Source: Mantamonas sphyraenae STR306 (Eukaryota; Protista; CRuMs). From it: 64,000 bases of DNA. The DNA lies in assembly GCA_026936335.1 (NCBI GenBank), contig JAPMXV010000031.1:310001-374000 (forward strand), in the 5' to 3' direction. The position numbers and the translations under genes are program-made. Below, one piece after another: positions 24,401 through 33,830 of the stretch. The stretch's first letter is position 1; every line of letters starts with the position of its first letter. The notes under the pieces are model-generated. The model saw nothing but the letters and a program-made list of their open reading frames with translations. It did not search any database and was not told the origin of the DNA.

Positions 24401-27374
24401 CATCCACGATGTCCGACATCCTACCATCGTCGCTGTCGACACGAATGGTGTATGTCCTGGCGTTCACCACACCGTCCCTGAGCGCCATTGCCGGGCCCGG
24501 GGCAGCTGCAGGTTCCGTTTGGTTTGGTTTGTGCACCCGCGTGTTCCTCGCCAGCTCCGTCAAATCGTCCACGGAAGACGCCAAAGAGTAATCCGCACAC
24601 AGTTGGCGCATGACATACTTGAGCTGCGTACTGCTCCTTGTTCGCATGGCCGGGCGAACGGATGCCAACGCGAGACGCAGACACGAATCGTCGCTCATTG
24701 CCGGACGCAGCTCGCCGGCGCTGTCGGCGCTGTCGGCGCTGGATGTGGCATATGTGTCCTCACGTGCGCTGGGCATTGCATGTGCCTCTTGCATGTCCTC
24801 TGTCTGCATCTCATCCGACTCCACTTCGTTTTCCAAGTCCTCTTCTTCCGCCCCGGCTCTTCCGTCGGCCTCCCAGGCCTTTACAAACGCCTCTTCATCC
24901 TGGACATCCTGGACACCATTCTCAAGGTCCTCTGTCTCCATACCCGACTCCACTGCGTCGTCAGCGACGTGGTCCACCTCCCCGGTTTGATCTTCGTCAT
25001 CTGCGCTGGCGTCGGCCTTCCAGACCCTGTATGCCTTGGCGAACGCATCCTCGTCCATGGTGACGTCGTTTCCCCGTTCGTCATCGATTTGTACCCCCAG
25101 CGTCTCGGCCAGCAAGGTCACCTGTTCCACCATGCCGCTCCTGGCATCCTTGATTTCGACATCCGACGCGCGTCCACGAGCAGGTGCTGTCGGTTCAAGC
25201 GTGGACGCCTGCACGTTGGAATGAATGATTTGGTCCACAGCGTTCTGTACACACCACTTCTGTTGTTGTTCGGCAACGCGCTGTACACTGTCGCAGATGC
25301 GTTCGCGATGGAAGTGCAGAAGGCCAACGGGAGCACGCTGTACAATGGCGCCCGCACAGGTTCCACCCAAAAGCGCATACGTGAAGAAGCGTGCGTTTGT
25401 GCTGTCGTTGCCCACGTGCACAGCTCTCAAATCGACTGTGTTGCCAGCAAGGTACTCGTTCCAGTTGTCCTGCCGGCACCAGCCGCACCGGACGCCTCTC
25501 GCCATGAGTGCACAAGCGTCTGCACCCACCACGAGTGCATCTGCGGCGTGCTGAATGGCGCACAGGTTTGCATCGTCTGTTGCCCACACGCAGAGGCGCT
25601 GGTCCACCCAAACGTTCCCGTCGTCGCTGATTGAAACGCGGTCGTTGTCCGCACTCTTCAGGGTCTCGTACAGCCCACGCAGCCGGTGCTTTTTGGTGTA
25701 CGTGTGTACGTGCGCGTCCAGCTCCTGCCGGAATGATGCAGGGATCGCTTGGATGGCCGCCATCACCAAATCCATCCCCGCCTCCTCGACGCTGCCTTCC
25801 TTGGCGCTGCCATCCTCCACGCCGCCGAGTATGAAGTGGTCGAACCCAGCAACTTCGATGTCGTCGGCAAAGCGCTGGACAAGCGGACGCACGGACCGGA
25901 CAAGTTTAGCCAGGGTGGCCGTTTCTGCGAACGCGGCTGAGACAAAACTCCACGTCCTCACCGGACGGCCCTCAGGTGGTGTGGTACATTCCAGTGGGAC
26001 GTACGTGGTCATACCCTCGGGTGACATGCGAGCAAGCGCCTCTACGATGTCATCGCCACTGGAGTTCACGTCCAGCTGCTGATCGAGAGCATCGCCGGCG
26101 TTGGTCAGCACAACGGCGTTGTAGTCCCCCAATGTTGCTGGTTTCGGTGCAGGAAGAGGCACGCGAGCACCAGCTTGACCGTAAGGCTTGGCACGCTTCG
26201 CCGTTGATGCTTCGCTGGCGACAGAGGCGTTGGCGTGTCCCGGCTTGACGTGAAACGAAGGACAGGAATCGCTTGTTCGGCCTATCATACGAGCGCTGTA
26301 TGTTCGGCCAAAGTGCTTCCCCACGTACCTGGCCACCTCTTTGGCAGAGAGCCTCGCCGCAGCAAGTGTGCACTCACACGCGTCGCCCTTGCGAGCTACT
26401 TCAATGCACAGCGCATACTCAGACATTGCGTAGACGCGGCCATTGTGAATGAGAGATGCCTTCAGCAAGTGGCTGATGCTGAGCCAGCACAGGTCATCGT
26501 TTCGCCGCGAGCGTGAGCGGCGTGTTTGCTTGAGAAAAGGCCAAACTTGGGTCGTGAACCGCTTGCGTGCTTCCTTGGCGCGTCTCAGCAACGTGGGGCT
26601 GGCTTGGCATTTTGTGGTACTGATGTGATGCAGAAACTGCGTCTGCTCGGGGTACTGCACCCTCGCCTGCGCCCACCGTTTGGGCTGCTTTTTCTGCGTG
26701 CTTTCGCCAGTTTTGAGCGCCGTGTACATCTGCCGTGCTTGATCTGTTCGAATGTCGTCGAGAAAGGTCGTGCGTACAAAGCGGTGTTTGCTTTGCCTGA
26801 TGGGCCTTCTAGGTTTGACGGTGTGCCACGAGGACAAAACCCAATCTGACTCCGGCTCGACCTCGATATCGGTATCCATGGGGTCTTTCGTGACCGTGTC
26901 TTTGCCTTTGCTGTCTGCCTCAGTTTGCTGACGAGTGTGTGTGTGTGTGTGTGTCGTGAGGGGTCCCACACGTGTGTGAGCCGCAGCAAACGGAATTGAG
27001 TGAGGCGGAATTCAACCTACTCGCCCATTGCCACTTCTGCTCGAGGAGGAGGAGGCTGAAGACGTTGAACGAGATGCACGGCCTCGACGGCCTCGGGATG
27101 CGCTGCGGGATGCACGGGATGCGCGACCTCCCCTGGAATGTGTCTCTTGGTTCTGTACACGTTGCCGTTTCTGCTGTCGCCACTCCAACGTTTGCCTGCT
27201 CCTTCGTTCACGTCTATTTTCCCGAGCCTCCACGCTACGCGGTGAATGAGATACCTCATCCCGTGTGTCTTCATCTTCTCGACCCCTCTTGCCGCCCTCA
27301 TCACACAGCAGCAAGAGAACCAACATGAAGAAGAACCAACGGAAGCGCATGTTGTTTTGGCGACCACGGCGCAT
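21447..27374 (-). CDS. Giant Fanzor/TnpB-family RNA-guided nuclease-like protein (~1,944 aa if spliced)
   Basis: C-terminal RuvC-I VIGMDPN (Asp codon 22290-22292), LAFGNG, RuvC-II VVVTREAYTS (Glu 21705-21707), Zn finger CREC...CARC, RuvC-III HKDTDAAVTI (Asp 21567-21569). A putative 93-bp phase-0 intron 27020-26928 links to a 118-codon exon 1. Confidence 0.85.
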
Positions 27375-27405
27375 AGTCGAGCAGTCACTCGTGCATTCTC
27401 ATTCC

Positions 27406-27614
27406 AACGTGTAGGGTGGCGTTGACAACATTCATTTCAGTGTCCCAGGGTCCTCGCGGCTCTTGCGAGGAATCGTTCTGCAAACACATCGAGCTTGTTC
27501 AACATGGTGCACTTACGCATGATCGAACCGTAAGAACCCGCAGAAGAGCGAAATCATGTCTTGGTGAACATTCTATGTGTTTCTGGGAGTTGTTCTCAAG
27601 GGTGGAGCCACGTT
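27406..27614 (+). ncRNA. Candidate ~210-nt structured RNA at the upstream end of the element
   Basis: Eight mutually compatible helices, e.g. 27406-11/27609-14, 27443-48/27583-88, 27451-57/27465-71, 27482-89/27575-82, 27496-501/27565-70, 27502-08/27553-59, 27512-17/27529-34. G-U extensions favour the + strand. Confidence 0.55.
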
Positions 27615-27628
27615 CACGCTCAATTGCA

Positions 27629-27640
27629 ATCGGATACCCA
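27629..27640 (+). repeat. Right target-site duplication ATCGGATACCCA
   Basis: Identical 12-mer at 21278-21289. Confidence 0.92.
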
Positions 27641-27915
27641 CCAGTCCCTTCGGGAAGGAGGAGATGACCCCACTGATGAAGGCAGCGTGGGCAGGCAACT
27701 ACGACGTTGCCAGGGTGTTGCTGAAGTGGGGAGCAGATGTCCATGCGGTGGACCACTCGGGCCGGAACGCCCTGACGACGACTGCACAGCGGAGGAACCA
27801 GACTGTGCAGCCATCGACTGTGGTGGCATTGTTGTTGGAGCACGGTGCTGATGCAAACACTGCGGTGGATGCCACGCACAGGGAGCTGGTGGAAAAGGTT
27901 ATGGGAGGTGAGTGA
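27629..27915 (+). pseudogene. Ankyrin-repeat gene, 3' part
   Basis: RIPTSPFGKEEMTPLMKAAWAGNYDVARVLLKWGADVHAVDHSGRNAL... continues the frame of the 5' part. Confidence 0.85.
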
Positions 27916-28693
27916 TGAGTTCGTCGTCTGCACGAGAATCAACCATTTCGTGGAAGGCCCCTGTTCCCACACATCGGAGGCACTCCATTGCCCAAATGGC
28001 CCGTTGTTTACTGTTACCCCATCATGTCTACGTCGTGTGTGCGTTGCTGCCCTTCAATGCAACATGGCCACCTCGCATGGGCTGGGGCAAGAAAATCCCA
28101 GAAAAATCCCCCCAACTTCGGCCTTCGGCTACCCCCCATCCATCCCCCCTCTTTTTCTTCTCTCTCTTTCGCGTTCTCTCATCGACATTGCGACTACATA
28201 CACACCGTCTATTCAACATGATCTCTGCCACGATTGCTGTGCGTTGCTAAACGCAGCCTAGGCACACGACTACATCCCGGGAGAGACCAATTTGATTTTT
28301 GAGATTTCTCATTTCGGGCGCAACAACCAGCACAGAGAGCTGAAGGAAAGAAAAGAAAAAAGCACACAAGCCAACCAAGCAACCGTGAAGGAATACCTTC
28401 ACACCACAACACACACCGTAAGTGGTCCACATCACCATGCATGCAATTGTACACGCGCGGGGGGTGTTGGTTCACGCGCGCAACCGGCCATTGGTGGCAA
28501 TTTGCGTTTCTGAGAAATTCCTCAGCACAGTTGGCGCCAGGCTGGTGGCCCGCGACGGGGGAAGCAAATCAAACATTCTCCGTCGCGGCGTCCGCTAGCA
28601 AGAAGCAACCGTTAGGCCACGCCCCCCACCCCCTTCTTCGTGTGTACATACCCATCAGCAGTCGCAACGACGATCACGAAAGATATAGCCACG

Positions 28694-30886
28694 ATGGCGT
28701 GTGGACTCACGCAGACCCCTGTGCGGGTATCGTTCCCCCAGCGCATGAAGCGAGCCTCTTCCATGTCCTTTGTGGACATGGCGGAGAAGATTGAACAGAT
28801 AGCTGGGCCTCTGGCGGGCGATGGAGGCCTGCGCGAAGCACGCACCGGCTCGGACGATTTGGAGCTGGTTGCCTCGGCGGAAGGCAGGAAGAGGCGATTC
28901 TCGGTAATGCTGGAACTGCCGCGCAGCAACACGGAGCTGCAGCTCAGCGACACTGTGCACCACTCATCCGAGAGTGCCGGGTCGCACCCATCCACCGAGG
29001 GCGCATCGTCGGCGAATCAGGTGCCGATCTGCGTCCACAGTGAGGCGGAAAACGAGCTGCAGATGTCTCGCGAACACCGCACCCCCGTTCACTCGGCCAA
29101 ACGCCGCCGCCAACACTATCATATCCCCGGCAGCGACCACGTCGGCCTGGCTGCCACGCGCGCGTACTATGCACGTGGCGTCTCTGCGTCCTCGACCACC
29201 TCCTCTGGTGGCGTGGCACGCGTGGCCGGCGCGGGGTCCATGGACGAAGAGCGGATTTCAGCGAAACTGGGCCTTCCGAACTCTGCCTCTGTGGCCTCGT
29301 CCCTGATGAGGTCGATCAGCCAGAGCAGCACAAGCACCACAGGCACAACAAGCACCACAAGCAGCAAGCACAGCAGCAGCAGCATCAGTGTGACAACAGT
29401 GACCAACATGACCAGCATGGACGAGCACACCTTTGCCTACACCAACACAAGGAATACCACGTGCAGCAGCAGCACACTGTCCACACGCACACGCAGCAGC
29501 AGCGCAAGCAGTACGACCACCCATGTCGACGTGCACCACCAGCTGCACCTCAAGATGGACGTGCAGATCGAGCAACGTGTGCGCACGCCGCTCCTTGCAG
29601 CAGGCAAGGACTTTAGCGCAAGCAGCCTCGTGTGCGAGAGCTCCGAGGATGCATCGTCGGACGGCGACGACGCGCTGGACATCGACACGGGCGCACACAT
29701 GCAGCGTGCGGCGCGTGTGGAGATGCAGCGGGATGCGTACGACGACGAGCTGTCCACGCACCGTGGGCTCAAGGCGATGATGAGCAGCGACGAGGAGCCG
29801 TTCACCGACGCGTACACAGACAACTACACAGACCAGTACCTCGAGGATGACGACGGTGCGTCCACGACCACGGTCAGCACACACGCCACGGCGTACAGTG
29901 TGATGTCCCTTGTGGGCAACCAGCACGCAAACGTGTCGCCGCTGACCCTGGGCACTGCTCTGCCCTTGTGTGACTTTCAGCACGCCATTGTGTCGGGTAT
30001 GGTGGCCGACCAGTTCAAGGAACTGCAAACGCTGACCAAGAACAAGGAGTTCTTTGTCAAGTTTGGCGGCTTTGCCTACTCGCACAAGCGGGACGAGAAC
30101 AAGGAGCAGAACAGGCACGGCATCCCCTGCTACGATGACAACCGCGTGGTGCTGCACGAGCGCACGGGTCTCACCGGCGTGCACAACGACTACATCAACG
30201 CCTCGTACATCGCCTCGGTTGGACAGGAGCGACGCTACATTGCCACGCAGGCGCCTCTGGAGTCGACCATGTTCAAGTTCTGGGAGATGGTGGTGCAGGA
30301 GCGCACCCACCTCATTGTGTGCCTGGCCGACACCAACGACAGCAGCCAGGCAGACCAGTACTGGCCCACGCACAAGGGCGACTCGCTGGAGTACGGCGAC
30401 CGCATTCGTGTCACACTCACCCTGGAGGAGTCACTGGAGGGCAACATCACGCACCGTGTGCACACGGTTGCCAAGCTCGACCCGGAGCACGGCTTCCGGG
30501 TCGTCACGCGCACCAAGGTCCACCAGCTGCACTACCACGGCTGGGAGGACATGACGGCGCCCTCCAACATTCAGAGCATCTTCCACCTCATGCAGCACAT
30601 CGAAAACATCGAACAGGACCTTGCCGACGAACGCCGCGCCCTGGGACCCATTGTGGTTCACTGCAGCGCTGGCGTGGGTCGTGCAGGCACCTTTATTGCT
30701 GCACACATTGCCTGTGAGCATGTTGTGGCCGTCGAGGAGCAGCAGGGGGTCAAGCTCACAGAGTTTAACCTCGCCCAGTTGGTTTATGAGCTGCGCCAAC
30801 AGCGCCCGCTCATGGTCTACAAGCCTGCTCAGTACGAAGCCCTGCACCACATCGTGCACATGTTTGTCACCGGCTCCTGCTGCTGA
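28694..30886 (+). CDS. Classical non-receptor protein tyrosine phosphatase with long disordered N-terminus
   Basis: DYINASYI, RYIATQAPL, FWEMV, QYWP, P-loop VHCSAGVGRAGTFI, LRQQRP. Confidence 0.92.
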   Translation: MACGLTQTPVRVSFPQRMKRASSMSFVDMAEKIEQIAGPLAGDGGLREARTGSDDLELVASAEGRKRRFSVMLELPRSNTELQLSDTVHHSSESAGSHPSTEGASSANQVPICVHSEAENELQMSREHRTPVHSAKRRRQHYHIPGSDHVGLAATRAYYARGVSASSTTSSGGVARVAGAGSMDEERISAKLGLPNSASVASSLMRSISQSSTSTTGTTSTTSSKHSSSSISVTTVTNMTSMDEHTFAYTNTRNTTCSSSTLSTRTRSSSASSTTTHVDVHHQLHLKMDVQIEQRVRTPLLAAGKDFSASSLVCESSEDASSDGDDALDIDTGAHMQRAARVEMQRDAYDDELSTHRGLKAMMSSDEEPFTDAYTDNYTDQYLEDDDGASTTTVSTHATAYSVMSLVGNQHANVSPLTLGTALPLCDFQHAIVSGMVADQFKELQTLTKNKEFFVKFGGFAYSHKRDENKEQNRHGIPCYDDNRVVLHERTGLTGVHNDYINASYIASVGQERRYIATQAPLESTMFKFWEMVVQERTHLIVCLADTNDSSQADQYWPTHKGDSLEYGDRIRVTLTLEESLEGNITHRVHTVAKLDPEHGFRVVTRTKVHQLHYHGWEDMTAPSNIQSIFHLMQHIENIEQDLADERRALGPIVVHCSAGVGRAGTFIAAHIACEHVVAVEEQQGVKLTEFNLAQLVYELRQQRPLMVYKPAQYEALHHIVHMFVTGSCC

Positions 30887-31070
30887 CACCTGCTGTGGTT
30901 GCTGTGCCTGCTCAGCGAGGCATCGGCAACTCTTGGAGAGCGAGAGCGAAGGGAATGGAGAACAATGAAATCCACTTGGCCAAATGGGGGGCCACAAAAA
31001 AAACCGTCGTCCATCGTTTTTCGTTAAGCTCCATTATACGATTGGAGCCCACTTCTTCCCCCAATCGTGT

Positions 31071-31523
31071 CTAGTCCAGAAAATGGAGAGCCTGCTGCAC
31101 AGACTTTTTCGCAGAGTTTTCATCCTTGAACTTTTGGAGTTTCTCCTTCATGTCCTCGTCTAGATTGGATGGAATGTGCCTGAGATGTTTGAAATTGTAC
31201 AGGAACTGTGGCACATCGTTGTTTGCAGCTGCACACACCACAGCACGTGTCCATCCCCTCTCATTCTCCTCCAACTCTTCTTTCGCCTTCCTCACAACCT
31301 CCTTCATCTCGCTATCCTTCTCAAGCGCATCGTCAATGGTTTCCCCCAAGACCTGGGACACGTGTGTGGTGTTGGCGCCGTTCAGAATGGCCTCTCGAGC
31401 AAGACGGTTTGAGCAACTCGTCACCGCGTTGACCAGCGTTTGCGTCGCTGACGATCGTTGAGCAACCATGCAAACCACTGTGCGTGATCCCACCGAGGAT
31501 TGACTGGTGATTCTTTGAAACAT
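31071..31523 (-). CDS. Hypothetical protein (possible mitochondrial presequence)
   Basis: 150-aa ATG ORF with an S/R-rich N-terminus and a helical charged C-terminus. No family recognised. Confidence 0.5.
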   Translation of the reverse strand: MFQRITSQSSVGSRTVVCMVAQRSSATQTLVNAVTSCSNRLAREAILNGANTTHVSQVLGETIDDALEKDSEMKEVVRKAKEELEENERGWTRAVVCAAANNDVPQFLYNFKHLRHIPSNLDEDMKEKLQKFKDENSAKKSVQQALHFLD

Positions 31524-32054
31524 GTTTGAATTGGGTGGCGAGTCGCAACGACACCTTCACCATCGTCAACTTTGTCCTGCCCGAACGCACAGACGAGGAG
31601 ATGATGGCCACAGAGAATGGAATGCCAGATGGCGTTGTGCGTAGTGAGCGCAGCCGCAGCAGAGGCAGGAGCACGCGGCATTGCTGATGGGCAGAAGCGA
31701 GGATGCGCGGCGACCCACTTGGCCGACAGGGGGGAGTATCTTTTTGCTTCAAGAATGCATATATGCATACATCGACGGTCTGTACATCAGTGGACCCTTT
31801 TCTGAAGCTTGGAGCAACCAGTGTGGTGTGTGGGAGAGATTCCAAGAGGCACACGGAAAACGAGCGCCCGAAATTCTGCTCATGATCAGGAACGCAGGTT
31901 TCCCCCTTGTTCCACTTGTGTCGTGTCCACACGGTTATCGTGCGTGTGTGGCTGTGTATGCGTGTGTGTATGTTGGTGCTGGTGGCCTGATAGGGGGCCA
32001 CAACCAGCATTGTTGTTGTGAAAGGGTGATTGATTCATTGTGCACTTTGTGTGT

Positions 32055-33830
32055 TCAGTCGTCGTAGTCATCGCTGTTGCTGGAGCTGCCCGGTCGCTCC
32101 ATATCCATGCTTCGGCGGTAGATCTGCGACTCTTGTTGGTAGGGACGTTCGAGTTGGTCACGCACAATGACGTCGTACACAAGGGCACGGAAGCGACGGC
32201 GACGCAAGTGGCTGTTCCAGCACTCGCTGATGACAAAGGCCGCCTCGTCGCGAATCCTCTCTTCTGTCTTTTCGCAGTTCTTGGGCGCCCTATCCTTGCA
32301 CGCCTTGTGGCATTGAAAGTCACAGTTGACGCATCGTGCGCCCTGCTTGATGCCCACAATCATCTTGTTGCACAGCGGACACTCCACCACACCCTTGAAG
32401 GTGACAAACTCGAAGCGATGGCGTAGGTTGGTCTCTTGGGCAAGCACCACAGTGGAGTCATCCGACCCTGTGCCCTCTCCTGTCTGGCTCTGACCTGTGC
32501 CATCGCCTGTCGCCGCCGATGACGACGAAGCGCCCGCCGCCGCAGCCGATGTCCCTGCAGCCGGCTCTTCCTCCACAGGCGCCACCCACTCTGGATCCAC
32601 ACGCAATTCCACCTGTTCCATCATCTTGAGCTTGTTGGACGCCAGTGTCTTGCTCATGTCCAGCTCCTTGGCGTCGGAGATGTCCGTCTCCGACTTGAAC
32701 AGCAGGTACTTGTCCGGCGTGTCCACGTTGTACTTTTCGCACATCTGCTCCACAAACTCTTTGTTTGTGGTGTCCTTTGGCATGCTGGTGGGATGGGGTG
32801 GGGTGGGGTGGTGTGTTGGGTTGGCAAGTGTGAGTGAGTGAATGGGGGACGATCCATCCCACATCCATCCGTTGTGGGGCCCTCCTCTCTCGCTTCCACA
32901 ACTCACTCGCTCACATCCACAGTCTTGATGAGCTTCATGTTGGATGAGCTGCGTGCAGGCAGCTGTAGCTTGATGAGCAGCTTCTTGTCTTCAAACTGGG
33001 GCTCGTCGGTGCCCCAGTCAAACGAGCCGCTGCCGTAGAAGGAGGCCATGTCAAAGCCTGCTGTGTATGTGATCTTGTTGTTCTTTGTTCCACTGGCCAC
33101 CAGTGTGGGAAGTGGCTGGTCGTCGATGCGCACCTCTTTGATGCGGTCGATTTTGTCGTTGTTGTTGGTCATTTCCACAACCACTACGTACGTGGTGTCC
33201 TTCTTCAGCAGCACCGAGTACGTGTGTTTGTCCCCTCCCCCGTACTGCTTTTCCTCCGCTGTGTCCATACGTGTGTGTGCGTGTGTCAGTGCTTCGTCAT
33301 GCGTGTGTGTGTGTGTGAAGGGATTGTGTCTGATGGTCGAGGGAGGGAAAACAACAGCCCCGTTTTCCGTCTGACCCACACACACACGTACACTTCAGCG
33401 GCACCGGCTCGGTGTGCTTGAATGTCTTGTCGTTGTAGTAGTAAAATGAGATGTTGTAGTCAAAGGTGAGTTTGAGGACGCTGCGGGGGAGTGGGTGGAC
33501 CGTGTGCACCACTTCGTGTCAGTTTGCGTGCTCCGTGATGATGATGCTCCCCGCCCCCCTCGCCTCGCTCTTTTGCCCACCAACCCCCACGCACCTCGTC
33601 ACCATCTGCTCGTAATGGAAGGGCAAACCATCCTGCTCCATGTCCTCGGGCGTCAAGATGCGGCTCTTGGACTCAAAGTTGTCCTCCTTCTCCGGGTACA
33701 CCTTGGTTTGGATCTCCTTGGTGAACCGATGCACTCCCTTGGTGCCCTTCACCTTGAACCCCACCGTCACTTGCACAAAATCGCGTGCTCCCTTGGAGGT
33801 CGGCCGGTTGATGTTGTTGGACGACGACAT
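32055..33830 (-). CDS. Multi-exon protein with ubiquitin-like (talin F0/F1/RA-like) domain and C1 zinc finger
   Basis: C1: HRFEFVTFKGVVECPLCNKMIVGIKQGARCVNCDFQCHKAC...NC. Upstream coding segments at ~32915-33260, ~33390-33520 and ~33596-33830. Exon boundaries are approximate. Confidence 0.75.

Larger units (their letters stand above)
21290..27628 (-). mobile_element. ~6.34 kb TIR-less element encoding a giant Fanzor-like RuvC protein
   Basis: Bounded by a 12-bp direct repeat. Removing the element plus one copy restores the in-frame ankyrin sequence EVDRIPTSPFGKEEMTPLMKAA. The ends (GGCCTTTG... / ...CAATTGCA) are not inverted repeats. Confidence 0.9.

Noticed and set aside
21290-27628. Terminal inverted repeats, or a DDE/HUH/serine transposase or reverse transcriptase in the element
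   Set aside because: End comparison shows no TIR and I could not recognise any such catalytic motifs by eye. A profile search could still reveal a divergent one.
27406-27628. Group I intron (IStron-like), hammerhead or tRNA identity for the structured region
   Set aside because: I could not identify the diagnostic core motifs, so it is left as an unassigned structured RNA candidate.
27916-28690. Short ORFs between the ankyrin 3' fragment and the PTP
   Set aside because: No coding signal or motifs; probably UTR/promoter DNA.
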